A DNA stretch of 64,000 nt, from IMG/VR virus record IMGVR_UViG_2917461297_000001, positions 56,643 through 120,642 of that record, one strand, 5' to 3'. Source of the stretch: a virus (taxonomy: Duplodnaviria; Heunggongvirae; Uroviricota; Caudoviricetes). The position numbers and the translations under genes are program-made. The notes beneath the pieces are model-generated. The model was not told the DNA's origin. It ran no database searches and saw only the letters and a list, made by a program, of their open reading frames with translations. Positions 39,767 through 49,831 of the stretch are shown piece after piece. Each line of letters begins with the position of its first letter. The first letter of the stretch is position 1.

Positions 39767-39858
39767 TGATGAAATCAGAAGAAAAGAAGCTAAACAGGGC
39801 TCGAAAAGCTAAATATTACAGAACAAAAAGAAATAAAATAAATTTCTAAGGTGATAAA

Positions 39859-41262
39859 ATGGCAGAAAGAAACGAATATGTACTACACCATAACCATTCA
39901 TATTACTCTAACTTGCGTTTAACAGATGCGATTACTTCACCAAGACAATTAATCGAGACAGCCAAACAATATGGTTATAAAGGTATGAGTATTACTGAAC
40001 ATGAATCACTTTCTAGCGCTGTCGATATGATTAAAACAGTGAAAGAGATGAAAGCTAGTGGAGAATTACGAGAAGATTTTAGAATGCTGTTGGGCAATGA
40101 AATCTATCTCGTTGATAGCTTGGAAGAGGTTAGAGACAACTATGAAAGCGGAAAAACAAAATTCCCACATTTTTGTTTAATTGCAAAGAATAGAAAAGGT
40201 TTTGAAGCATTAAGTAAATTAAGCTCACAAGCGTGGAAGAATTCGTTTTTTAGTAGTTCTATTATGGAACGTGTTCCAACTGAAAAAGCATATTTAAGAG
40301 AAGTAGCGCAGTCAGATGAGTATAAAGGAACATTGATGGCAAGCAGCGCATGTCTTGGAAGCCCAATCTGCTTATATTTACAAGAAAAAATGCTTATGGA
40401 ACAAACTTTTGATAAAGAAAAGATTCAAGAAGCACACAACAAAGCTAAAAATGAAGTTCAATGGTGTGTTGATACATTTGGTAAAGACGATTTTTACATT
40501 GAATTACAGCCAGCGGATACACCCGTGCAACGTTATGTTAATGAAAACTTATTAGAGTTTGTTAAAGAATTTGATTTAAAATATATAGTTGCTTGTGACA
40601 CACATTACGCCAACAAGTCTCATGCTACAATTCATGCTGCATTTCTCAACTCTAAAAATGAAGAGCGTGAGGTAGAAGAGTTCTATAAGTATACATATAT
40701 GCATAGTGTAGACGATATTTATAAACAAATGGCTTACTATTTAGGTGAAGACGTGGTCAAACAAGCGCTAGAAACTACAACGGAATTATACGATAAATCA
40801 GAGGATTATGACTTAGCCCATTCACCAATTATTCCACGAGCCGAGATTCCTGAATTTGAGTTAAAGCACTTGTTTCAGCCCGCTTATGACAAATATAAGA
40901 GTCTTGAAAGATTAGCGTATTCTGATAAGAAAGACGAAAGATATATGCTTCATTTGTTAGAGGAAGGTTATCTGAGGGAGCTACACAAAGAAGATATAAC
41001 TAAAGAAGAGTTTCATCAAATATTAGCAAGGCTAGATGTTGAAATGGAAGAGATTTTAGGTGTAGGAGATAAGATTAATCAAACAGTAAGCTCATACTAT
41101 ATTACTGTGCGTGATATAATCAACACAATTTGGGAAGAAGATACTTGTAACGGATATTCTGGTTCATTAGTTGGCAGTGGACGTGGGTCATCTGGTGGTT
41201 TCTTATCATTGTTCTTACTTGGAATTACTCAAGTTAATCCATTAGAACATAAAAATATGCCA
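39859..41262 (+). CDS. dnaE: DNA polymerase III alpha (DnaE-family), exon 1 (PHP domain and start of catalytic core)
   Basis: PHP signature YVLHHNHSYYSNLRLTDA. Homology runs to ...NPLEHKNMP; the annotated ORF then reads into non-homologous sequence and stops at 41349. Confidence 0.55.
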
Positions 41263-41656
41263 CATTTCAGACATTTGCATAAAAGTCGTCAAGATTTCCC
41301 TAAATTATTGGGGATTAAATGTGAACGCAAGACAAAGCGGTGTGCTTAGAATTATTCTAAGTGCTAACAGTATCAGTTGAATAAGACTACCATTCAAGCC
41401 TTACAAGGAGATAATGGAAATAAATTAAAAGACGAAGCAGCTGACTAAGAGAGCCTAAGGTCTATTAATAAAAATAGATAGCTGGTAATACTGTGCGAAG
41501 CCTTTAGTTCAAAGGAACGTGCAACGACTATCCTGTAAAGGAGTACGCCTGATTTTGTCACAGGTGGAAGCGCATTTACATACATATGTATGGTGATATA
41601 GTCTATTCCGACTGTTAATTCAGTGTTAAAGTATTAGGAAACTAACGGTGTATAAG
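41263..41656 (+). ncRNA. putative ORF-less group I intron interrupting dnaE
   Basis: About 394 nt with no ORF, inserted inside the conserved NPERxSMP-DIDIDF region; the 3' end is ...UAUAAG (terminal G); exon 2 resumes in frame with DVDVDIE. Confidence 0.4.
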
Positions 41657-44143
41657 GACGTAGATGTAGACATAGAAAGTAAACGAAGACAAGAAGTTAT
41701 TCGAGCATTAAAGAATAAATATGGTGAAGATAAGGTTCTAAATGTTGCTACTTTTACAACAGCTGGTACTAAATCTTGTATTAAAATAGCAGCAAGAGGA
41801 TTGGGAATCGAGGATACAGAAGCCCAATATATTGCTAGTTTGATTCCAACTGAGCGTGGACAACAGTATACACTCAGTGACTGTTTATATGGCAATGAAG
41901 AAAAAGGTAGAAAGAAACAACAACAATTTATTAATGAGATGGAAAAGTATCCAGAATTATTGAAAACAGCTTTAGGTTTAGAAAGTATTGTCGTTGCTAA
42001 ATCACAACATGCTGGTGGAGTAATCATCTTTAATGATGAGATTCATAAACACAGTGCAATGATGAAAGCGGCAAAAGGAGAAGCAAGTATTACTCAATGG
42101 TCGCTTAAAGATAGTGAGTACATGGGTTTAGTAAAGTTTGACTTATTATCGATTGATAACTTGGATAGGATTAGAAGCACCTTAGAATTGATGGAAAAAG
42201 ACGGTGTGATTGAATCAAAAGGAAGTCTAAAAGATACATTTAACGAGTATCTACACCCACGTGTACTTAATCATGAGGATAAACGTTACTATGAATTAGC
42301 TTCAAGAGGGATAGTAAACGATACATTCCAATTCAACACTAATATTGGTATTGAAACATTAAAGAGAATCAAGCCTGAAAACTTTGAACAATTCAGTGCT
42401 GCTAACTCATTAATGCGATTGCAGTCACAAGAAGGTAAAGAACCACCAATGGACATTTTCATTAAGCATAAAGAAAACATTCAAACTTGGTATGATGAAA
42501 TGAATGAGTGGGGATTAACAGATAGCGAAATTAAGGTTATGGAAGAGCATATTGGACATACGTTAGGAGTCTCTCCTGTGCAAGAACAAGCTATGGGACT
42601 ATCTGGAGACCCTAGAATCGCAAACTTCACTGTAGAAGAGCAGAATAAGCTCAGAAAGGCTATTGCAAAGCCAAAAGGAGCGGCTTTAGATGAAATAAAA
42701 TTGCTGTTTTATCGTAAAGGTAAGAAACAAGGAACAAGCAAAAACTTACTTGATTATGTATGGGAAACTCAATTCACACCAATGTTCAGTTATGCATTCA
42801 GTTCCATTCACTCTAATCTGTACTCAATCATCGGTATTCAGAATTTACATCTCAACTTGTTCTACAATCCAATCTATTGGCAAACAGCGTGTTTAAACGT
42901 TGACAGTGGCGCTACATCAGAAGATAGTGAATTTCTCGTAGACCATGAAAAGATTGCTAATGGTATTGGTAAGATTAAAGAGTTCGGTGTAGAAGTTAAG
43001 TTACCTGATGTTAACAAGTCTGATTTTGCGTTTACACCTGACGCTGAACACAATGTAATCATTTATGGACTTAAGCCTGTTAAGTCATTAAACTCAAAGA
43101 CAACGCACCATATTATCGAAAACAGACCATACAACTCTATCGAAGATGTACTTACTAAGCTATATGACAATAAACTGGTTACAAACACACAATTAATTAA
43201 TATGGTTAAGTCTGGCATGTTAGATAACATTTGCGAGTCACGTAAAGTAGCGATGATGGAAGTTATCAAACATATAACTAAAGTCCCTGAAACTTTGACT
43301 ATGCAAAATATTAAGACATTAATTGAGTCCGGTATTCTTGAAGGTAGACCAGAAGAAGAAATGGTGCTATTTAGAGAATCATTTAAGAACAAAGTGGTCA
43401 GAAAAGAGAAGCAAGGTAAATATAATGTTAAGATATTTAAAGTTGAAGATATGGAATTGTACGACAAATTGTTTGGTAACACAGGTGTCGTAAATGTTAC
43501 AAGTAACTATTATGAAGTTGATGAGAAGCAGTTCAAGAAAGTGTTCGATAAGAAGATTAAAGACCTTAAAGAATGGTTAAAGTCTGATGAGCAACTTAAG
43601 AAAGTACAGAGTTATGAATTGAATAAGCAGTGGATTAAATATGCTTTAGGTAGTTATTCAAAATGGGAAATGGAAACATTGTCGTTCTACTACCATGAAC
43701 ACGAGCTATCTCAAGTAGACAGTAAAATGTACAACCTAAGCAGATACAATGAATTGCCTGAAGAACCCCAAATAGTTGATACATTTATGTTTAAAGGAAG
43801 AGAGTTCCCTAAGTACAAAATCGATTCAATTGCCGGTGTTGTGATTTCTAAGAACGCTACAAAGAATATGGTCACAATTATTGCTACCGATGGTTCAGTA
43901 GTACCAATTAAGTATCAAGGAAATTTCTCTTACTACAACAAGGCAGTAAAAAGAAATGGCAAGATAGTTGAGGATAGTTGGTTTGGTAAAGGGAATTTAT
44001 TAATTGTTAGTGGATTTAGAAGAGGTAATCAATTTGTCGCTAAGAGATATGCTGATTCAAACACTTCCACGACAACAAAGCTAATTGATTATGTAGGAAA
44101 GAACGGCGAAGTCACTTTTAAACTAGAAAGAGAATATATTTAA
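41657..44143 (+). CDS. dnaE: DNA polymerase III alpha (DnaE-family), exon 2
   Basis: DVDVDIESKRRQEVIRALKNKYGEDKVLNVATFTTAGTKSCIKIAARGLGI aligns with DnaE PDIDIDF...RREEVI..KYG...TFGT..AK..IRDVGRVLG. Confidence 0.6.
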   Translation, partial: DVDVDIESKRRQEVIRALKNKYGEDKVLNVATFTTAGTKSCIKIAARGLGIEDTEAQYIASLIPTERGQQYTLSDCLYGNEEKGRKKQQQFINEMEKYPELLKTALGLESIVVAKSQHAGGVIIFNDEIHKHSAMMKAAKGEASITQWSLKDSEYMGLVKFDLLSIDNLDRIRSTLELMEKDGVIESKGSLKDTFNEYLHPRVLNHEDKRYYELASRGIVNDTFQFNTNIGIETLKRIKPENFEQFSAANSLMRLQSQEGKEPPMDIFIKHKENIQTWYDEMNEWGLTDSEIKVMEEHIGHTLGVSPVQEQAMGLSGDPRIANFTVEEQNKLRKAIAKPKGAALDEIKLLFYRKGKKQGTSKNLLDYVWETQFTPMFSYAFSSIHSNLYSIIGIQNLHLNLFYNPIYWQTACLNVDSGATSEDSEFLVDHEKIANGIGKIKEFGVEVKLPDVNKSDFAFTPDAEHNVIIYGLKPVKSLNSKTTHHIIENRPYNSIEDVLTKLYDNKLVTNTQLINMVKSGMLDNICESRKVAMMEVIKHITKVPETLTMQNIKTLIESGILEGRPEEEMVLFRESFKNKVVRKEKQGKYNVKIFKVEDMELYDKLFGNTGVVNVTSNYYEVDEKQFKKVFDKKIKDLKEWLKSDEQLKKVQSYELNKQWIKYALGSYSKWEMETLSFYYHEHELSQVDSKMYNLSRYNELPEEPQIVDTFMFKGREFPKYKIDSIAGVVISKNATKNMVTIIATDGSVVPIKYQGNFSYYNKAVKRNGKIVEDSWFGKGNLLIVSGFRRGNQFVAKRYADSNTSTTTKLIDYVGKNGEVTFKLEREYI

Positions 44144-44223
44144 AATATTCTCTTGACTTGTTGTAAATTAGAGCATATAATGATTAAAGAAATAAATTAT
44201 TTGAAATAGAGAGGAGGATAAAA

Positions 44224-44643
44224 GTGAGAGGGACGATTATTGTGAACAACACACAGCAGTATTTGGAGGAATTAGAAAGTGAAATTACATATGCTAGACA
44301 AATGATTAATGAGTCAGCTGCAAAAGTTAATGAATTGTACCATGATATTGAGACAAGAAATTTTAATGCATATGAGGCTTGGGTGCTATGCAAAGAATTA
44401 CAAAATGTCTTACAAGAAAGACGAGCATGGAAGCAAAGATGCTTTGAAGCAAAAGAATCGTTTAACGATTTAGGTGGAAAGAAGAAATTAAACCAATTGA
44501 AAAAACGGCAAAAGAATCGAGTTAATAAGTTTATGAAATTAAACTCTTGGTTTGACCATTTTTCTGAGGAAGCGAAAGAAATTATGGCTGGTAACACGGC
44601 AATCAAAGTTAAGCGCAATGATACTTTAGTTAATCAAAAATAA
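44224..44643 (+). CDS. hypothetical coiled-coil protein
   Basis: 139-aa ORF with RBS GAGAGGAGGA and GTG start. Confidence 0.4.
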   Translation: MRGTIIVNNTQQYLEELESEITYARQMINESAAKVNELYHDIETRNFNAYEAWVLCKELQNVLQERRAWKQRCFEAKESFNDLGGKKKLNQLKKRQKNRVNKFMKLNSWFDHFSEEAKEIMAGNTAIKVKRNDTLVNQK

Positions 44644-44724
44644 AATATTTTATTGGTTATCCTTATGGTTATGTGGTATAATATAAATATAAACAAACAC
44701 ATAAGACAAAGAGGAGAGCAACAT

Positions 44725-45072
44725 ATGAGTAAATTACATAATGAAGTGAAAGAAACACAATCATTGGTAGATGATATTGAAAAGTTAGGATATAAGGCTT
44801 TAGATGAGGGAGATTTAGAATTAATCAACAAGTTTATCGAAGCATTAGAGCCATACTTACAAACGGTTGATTCAACTATTAATGCTTTAGAGAATAAATT
44901 AAATGATAAAAAATGTAAAGAAACAAAGAAACAATTGTCATTTTATAATTACAAATCACGTGAGCTTCATCGCCTTATTCCTGAATTAAAAAAACATGCC
45001 GTAAATACAAAAGCGTGCTTAGTAGCACAAGGAGGTTATCATGGAGATTCAGAAATTGTACGAAGTGCTTGA
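44725..45072 (+). CDS. hypothetical coiled-coil protein
   Basis: Start ATG 44725 after AGAGGAGAG; extended -10 TGgTATAAT at 44674-44682 upstream. Confidence 0.4.
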   Translation: MSKLHNEVKETQSLVDDIEKLGYKALDEGDLELINKFIEALEPYLQTVDSTINALENKLNDKKCKETKKQLSFYNYKSRELHRLIPELKKHAVNTKACLVAQGGYHGDSEIVRSA

Positions 45073-46366
45073 AAGTTTGAAGAAAACTTCTAGTAGAATC
45101 GTGAAAGAAAATATTTTACGAAATAACAAGAATGATGAATTACTACAAAATGTTTTAAAATTCTTATACGACGACTTAATCACAACTGGGCTGTCCACAA
45201 AAAAGATTGCCAAACCAGTTAATCCAGTAGAGGTCGATATTCCAAATTTGCAAGTATTAACGGACTACTTGAAGAGAAACAACTCTGGTAAGGACAAAGA
45301 CATTGCGTTAGCAAAAGGGTATATCCAAGCATTTAAAAAAGAATATGGAGAAGATGTTGCTAATTTTGTTAAAAGCATCATTATTAAAGATTATCCTGCT
45401 GGTGTAAGTAAGATTACTTTGAATAAAGTGTTTGGTAAAAACTTTATTTTTAAATTTGACGTGCGCAAAGGAAGTAAATTTGAAGGAGAGTTAAAACCAA
45501 ACGTAATTTATTCTCAAAGTGTAAAGATTGATGGGCATCGTTGCGTAGCCTTGGTAGATGAAGAAGGAGTGAAATTATTCGCACGAAGCGGTAAAGAGTA
45601 TAAGGGCTTGATTACTTTTGAGAAAGCTCTAGAAGCGTTCTACGAGGAACATAAGCAACCAATGATGTTTGATGGTGAACTTTTAGCATTTAACGATAAT
45701 GATTTAAGTAGCGACAAACTATTCAAAGTTACTTCAAGTCGATTAAGAAAAGATGGTGTTAAGTCAGATATTCAATATATTATGTTTGATTGTATGCCAT
45801 TAGAAGAATTTAAAGACGGTAAGTCAAAACTTAAATACATTAAACGACGTGAGCAACTTGCTGAGCTTACAGGCTTACTTAATACATATACGAATGGAAA
45901 CAAACAAGGACGCAAGTATTTCACAAATGTTAAGTCCTTGTATCAAGGAAATGACCTAGCAGAGATTCAACGTGTTCAAAAGAAAATGGAAGAATTAGGA
46001 TATGAGGGGACTATGCTAGATGATATTAATGCTTTCTATACAACTACACGAACAAAGACGTTACTAAAATTTAAAACTTTTTATAACGCTGATTTGAAAG
46101 TGTCACGAGTAGTTGAACACACTCGTGGTGGTAAGTTAGGAAGTATCGTTGTTGAATATAAAGGGAATGAGTTACAAGTAGGTTCTGGGTTTACGGAAAA
46201 AGAAAGAATTAAGTATTGGCAAGAGCCTGAACTAATCGTCAATAAGATTGTTGAAGTTGGTTATTTTGAAGAGTCAAGTGATAAAGACGGGAAACTAAGT
46301 TTACGCTTTCCAACATTTAAACAAATTAGAGAAGACAAAGAAGTTACTGATGTGTCTTATCATTAG
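45041..46366 (+). CDS. ATP-dependent DNA ligase
   Basis: Motif I SVKIDGHRC (KxDGxR), motif III MMFDGELL, motif IV YEGTMLDD, motif V TLLKFK. Confidence 0.8.
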   Translation: MEIQKLYEVLESLKKTSSRIVKENILRNNKNDELLQNVLKFLYDDLITTGLSTKKIAKPVNPVEVDIPNLQVLTDYLKRNNSGKDKDIALAKGYIQAFKKEYGEDVANFVKSIIIKDYPAGVSKITLNKVFGKNFIFKFDVRKGSKFEGELKPNVIYSQSVKIDGHRCVALVDEEGVKLFARSGKEYKGLITFEKALEAFYEEHKQPMMFDGELLAFNDNDLSSDKLFKVTSSRLRKDGVKSDIQYIMFDCMPLEEFKDGKSKLKYIKRREQLAELTGLLNTYTNGNKQGRKYFTNVKSLYQGNDLAEIQRVQKKMEELGYEGTMLDDINAFYTTTRTKTLLKFKTFYNADLKVSRVVEHTRGGKLGSIVVEYKGNELQVGSGFTEKERIKYWQEPELIVNKIVEVGYFEESSDKDGKLSLRFPTFKQIREDKEVTDVSYH

Positions 46367-46395
46367 TAAATAAATTAATTGAAAAGGAAAATAAA

Positions 46396-46767
46396 ATGGA
46401 AGATAAATTGTATATATTCAAAGGAAAGTGCGTCAATGTAGTTGATGGAGATACCATCGACGTACAGTTAGATTACGGCTTCAAGACATACGCAGACAAA
46501 AGACTTCGCTTGTTAAATGTTGATACGCCTGAGCGTGGGCAGCCGCTATATGCAGAAGCCAAACAATTTGTTATCGAGAAAGTCTTTGAGATGGATATTT
46601 ATGTGCAAACTTATAAATCTGATAATTTTGGAAGATACTTAGCAAAAGTGTTTTTCTATGATGAAGGAGAACTTAAATGCTTGAACGAATTGCTACACGA
46701 AGAAAAACTACTGAAAGATAATTCAAAATGGAATAAGGAGACCGAAAATGAGCACGGAAAAGACTAA
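46396..46767 (+). CDS. thermonuclease (SNase-like) family protein
   Basis: VVDGDTIDV and RLLNVDTPE match SNase catalytic-core motifs. Confidence 0.6.
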   Translation: MEDKLYIFKGKCVNVVDGDTIDVQLDYGFKTYADKRLRLLNVDTPERGQPLYAEAKQFVIEKVFEMDIYVQTYKSDNFGRYLAKVFFYDEGELKCLNELLHEEKLLKDNSKWNKETENEHGKD

Positions 46768-46925
46768 GAATCTTTATTTATTGCACAGAGAGATTGCAAT
46801 GACTTTAACAGAATTCTTCGATAAATGCGAAGAAGCACTATTTAGTGGAGAAAACCTTGAAAGCACACTTGAACACATTGGTTTAAAATGTGATGAGTTA
46901 TTACAAAAGATGTAGGAGAGACGTT

Positions 46926-47177
46926 ATGATTGAAGAAATTGTGTATGACAAGAGTTATAAATGTGAAAGTGCCGACGGTAAGGTTACAGGCAGCTTCAGC
47001 TTTATCAAGAGTGATTTAGGTGACACGTGGATAACCTTTATCACCAATGGCGCTAAACAAATTAATGTGAAAAACATTTTGCTTACGACAGAGCCGGACG
47101 TTGATGAATTTGATATTGAAACAGTAAATATCATTCTGAAGGATTCTAATTTACAGTTTGCCGGTTATGCTGAATAA
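46926..47177 (+). CDS. hypothetical protein
   Basis: Start ATG 46926 after GTAGGAGAG. Confidence 0.35.
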   Translation: MIEEIVYDKSYKCESADGKVTGSFSFIKSDLGDTWITFITNGAKQINVKNILLTTEPDVDEFDIETVNIILKDSNLQFAGYAE

Positions 47178-47186
47178 ATTTAAAAG

Positions 47187-47519
47187 GTGGATATGCATAT
47201 GGAAAACAAAAATGATTACAAGATTACAATGCCAAGTTTTTATGTACTGTTGGAAAGAGATGAAGAAGAATACGTTATCAAAAATATTGTAATGAACAAA
47301 AACGGTAATAATTTATTGGAAAAATCATTGGACGCTGATGATACGAACATTATTCTTTTTGAATTAATTGAATCAAGGCTTGCGGCAGAAAAAGTGATTA
47401 GCGACACAGTAACTAAAAGTGAACAATTAAAAAACGAAAATGAATATTTGTTAGACAAGATTAACACGCTTGAGTCATCTTTAGATGAAATTAGAGATGG
47501 AGTGAAAGAAGTTGAGTAG
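47187..47519 (+). CDS. hypothetical protein
   Basis: 110-aa ORF with RBS AAAGGTGGA. Confidence 0.4.
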   Translation: MDMHMENKNDYKITMPSFYVLLERDEEEYVIKNIVMNKNGNNLLEKSLDADDTNIILFELIESRLAAEKVISDTVTKSEQLKNENEYLLDKINTLESSLDEIRDGVKEVE

Positions 47520-47826
47520 CCGTGTAATACCTTTTCATGAGTATTTAGATATTAAAGAGTTTATTATTGAGCTTAATAATACTAAGAAGCTGTTCGCCAG
47601 ACTGCCAGAAGATAAATGGAAATTACCAGAAAATGAGTTAAAAGGCTTAATGGCTAAGTTAGAAGTAATTAAACTCAGAGATATTAAAATTGAAAAGATG
47701 TATTATAGCGAGAAAAACGACGCAACCATCTTTGAAGTTTGTATTCATGACTTTTTAAGATATGGATTCATCAAGTTTAAGAATGGTGATATTAGTTATG
47801 AGCAGCTAAATTGGAAAGGTTATTAA
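47512..47826 (+). CDS. hypothetical protein
   Basis: 104-aa ORF overlapping the upstream stop. Confidence 0.35.
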   Translation: MSSRVIPFHEYLDIKEFIIELNNTKKLFARLPEDKWKLPENELKGLMAKLEVIKLRDIKIEKMYYSEKNDATIFEVCIHDFLRYGFIKFKNGDISYEQLNWKGY

Positions 47827-47854
47827 AAATAAATTATTTAAATAAGGTGAAAAT

Positions 47855-48049
47855 ATGACAAACTATACATACATTAGACCAAACAATTTAGAACAAGTAA
47901 TTGAAGAGTTATCAAAAATTATTGAGCATAAAAAACATGACAAGTTAAGCAATTTGTTGAGTGATTTAGAGTGGTTGCAAAAAGACGATTTTGAGTTATT
48001 TGATAAGAATGAAGTTTATGACTTAATGTTTGATAAAGGCTTGTTTTAG
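47855..48049 (+). CDS. hypothetical protein
   Basis: 64-aa ORF with RBS AAGGTGA. Confidence 0.4.
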   Translation: MTNYTYIRPNNLEQVIEELSKIIEHKKHDKLSNLLSDLEWLQKDDFELFDKNEVYDLMFDKGLF

Positions 48050-48059
48050 GGGGAGAAAA

Positions 48060-48680
48060 ATGGCAAATCATATTAAAGATAAAGTAGTTTATATGGGTGG
48101 ACATCTGTTAAACGAAGCTATGGTCGAGTATCGTGAGAAACAGCATAATATAGTAGAGGATATTGTAGGAGTGACACCTTATTCACCGCACAAGGATAAA
48201 TCAATTAACGACAAACAAAATGCAGTACAAGAAGGATTAGCTGAGCGTATTTTACGCAATGATTTTAAAGCTATGCAAGAATCAGATATTTTTGTATTTG
48301 ATATTCTTAATGAGGGATTAGGAACAATTGCAGAACTGGGTATTGTTTTGGGAATGAAGCATCAAGCTCAAAAAACTATTGAACGTTTAGAAGAGGAGTC
48401 AGAAATTGTAAGGTATGATACTGAGGGCTATGAGACTGATTCATATGAACATCTACAAGATGAAATTGAAGAACAAGAAAAGATTTTTAATAAACCAGTA
48501 CTCTGCTATTGTTCTGATATTCGTCAGGGACATGGCAAGCCTTACAACAACCCTGACAGAGCGGAGTTCAGTACGAACCAGTTTGTTTACGGTGCTGTAT
48601 TGGAGCTCACTAATGGTGTAGGGTTCATTTCTTGGGAGAAAGTGCTTGAAGAATTAGAGAAATTAGGTGTTTCGAAATGA
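48060..48680 (+). CDS. nucleoside 2-deoxyribosyltransferase-like protein
   Basis: VVYMGGHLL near the N-terminus and FDILNEGLGTIAELGIVLGM resemble the NDT-family Rossmann motif and DxGTxxExG catalytic motif; start ATG 48060 after GGGGGAG. Confidence 0.4.
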   Translation: MANHIKDKVVYMGGHLLNEAMVEYREKQHNIVEDIVGVTPYSPHKDKSINDKQNAVQEGLAERILRNDFKAMQESDIFVFDILNEGLGTIAELGIVLGMKHQAQKTIERLEEESEIVRYDTEGYETDSYEHLQDEIEEQEKIFNKPVLCYCSDIRQGHGKPYNNPDRAEFSTNQFVYGAVLELTNGVGFISWEKVLEELEKLGVSK

Positions 48681-49402
48681 TTGAACTTAACAAAATTTAT
48701 AACGAAGATTGTTTAGAAGGTATGAAAAGAATACCGGATAAATCAGTTGATATGATATTATGTGATTTGCCTTATGGAACCACTAGGAATAAATGGGATA
48801 TAGTTATTGATTTAGAAAAGTTGTGGGAACAGTATAAGCGGGTTATTAAAGATAATGGCGTTATCGCACTTACAGCAGCCCAACCTTTTGAATCACGACT
48901 TGTTAATAGCAATCCTAAAATGTTCAAATACGATTTAATTTGGAAGAAGAGTTTACCTACCGGATTCTTAAATGCAAAACGTATGCCTTTAAGAAGTCAT
49001 GAAAGTATTCTTATTTTCTACAAAAAACCTCCCGTATACAATCCTATTATGCGCAAAGGAAAGTTTAGAAATAAAGGGAATACAGGTAAAAAAGGTGGCA
49101 GATGTTATGGCGAAACTAAAAGGTATGAATCATGGAATGATGAGTACTATCCTACATCGGTAATCGAAGTTAGTAATGCTAGTCAGAAAGGGAAAATACA
49201 CCCTACTCAGAAACCAGTTGAGTTATTTCAGTGGTTGATTAAAACGTATACAAATGAGGGAGATACGGTACTGGATAACTGTGTCGGCAGTGGCACAACA
49301 GCAATTGCTTGTATGAATACAGGTAGAAACTATATTGGTTATGAGCTAGATAAAGAATATTACGATGTTGCAATTGGACGCATTGAGTCAGCTAAACAAT
49401 AA
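48677..49402 (+). CDS. DNA amino-methyltransferase (beta class)
   Basis: Motif IV-like MILCDLPYGTT precedes motif I VLDNCVGSGTTAIAC. Confidence 0.6.
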   Translation: MIELNKIYNEDCLEGMKRIPDKSVDMILCDLPYGTTRNKWDIVIDLEKLWEQYKRVIKDNGVIALTAAQPFESRLVNSNPKMFKYDLIWKKSLPTGFLNAKRMPLRSHESILIFYKKPPVYNPIMRKGKFRNKGNTGKKGGRCYGETKRYESWNDEYYPTSVIEVSNASQKGKIHPTQKPVELFQWLIKTYTNEGDTVLDNCVGSGTTAIACMNTGRNYIGYELDKEYYDVAIGRIESAKQ

Positions 49403-49434
49403 AAATAAATTATTTAAATAAGGTGATATTACCA

Positions 49435-49612
49435 TGTTTGATTTTGAAACATTTGATTATAGTAAATTAATGTGGCATTCAGACTGGAACGGTGATGAAG
49501 TAGGATACGACGATGTAGATGTTGTTGGTTATTATTCGTATCACGATTTAAATTTATACATAGACACGAGTACATTAAACATACTTGAAGCATGGTTTAA
49601 TGAAGAAGATTA
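49435..49612 (+). CDS. small hypothetical protein
   Basis: 59-aa ORF with RBS AAGGTGA. Confidence 0.3.
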
Positions 49613-49774
49613 AATTTTACTTTTATTTTCTTTATGAATTGCTTCATATGAGGTAGAAGCATACTTGTCTATCTCACAAAAATTTAAGAGCTCTAGGTCA
49701 TATCCTAAGTTTTTAATCGCTGTTTCTGGCGCTCCAATGCCAGAGAATAAGCTCAACATTCTAATCTTTTTCAT
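49611..49774 (-). pseudogene. C5-cytosine DNA methyltransferase 5' fragment (motifs I-II) on inverted segment
   Basis: Minus-strand translation MKKIRMLSLFSGIGAPETAIKNLGYDLELLNFCEIDKYASTSYEAIHKENKSKI* carries C5-methyltransferase motif I (FSGIGA) and motif II (EID); RBS AAGGAGAG upstream on the minus strand. Confidence 0.6.
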
Positions 49775-49831
49775 TATTTCTCTCCTTGGTATTATATAGT
49801 TTTAAGGTGAACGTGATAAAAGTAAAAATTT
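49611..49831. repeat. inverted repeats (about 17 bp, 12-bp perfect core ATAAAAGTAAAA) flanking a 187-bp invertible segment
   Basis: TTAAATTTTACTTTTAT at 49611-49627 versus ATAAAAGTAAAAATTTA at 49815-49831; the core is in the same codon phase in both methyltransferase fragments. Confidence 0.55.

Noticed and set aside
41263-41656. dnaE interruption as a frameshift or pseudogene, or as two independent subunit genes
   Set aside because: The break falls exactly inside a conserved motif, with clean in-frame resumption and a terminal G. The downstream part lacks a convincing RBS and start. An intron is more parsimonious but remains unproven.
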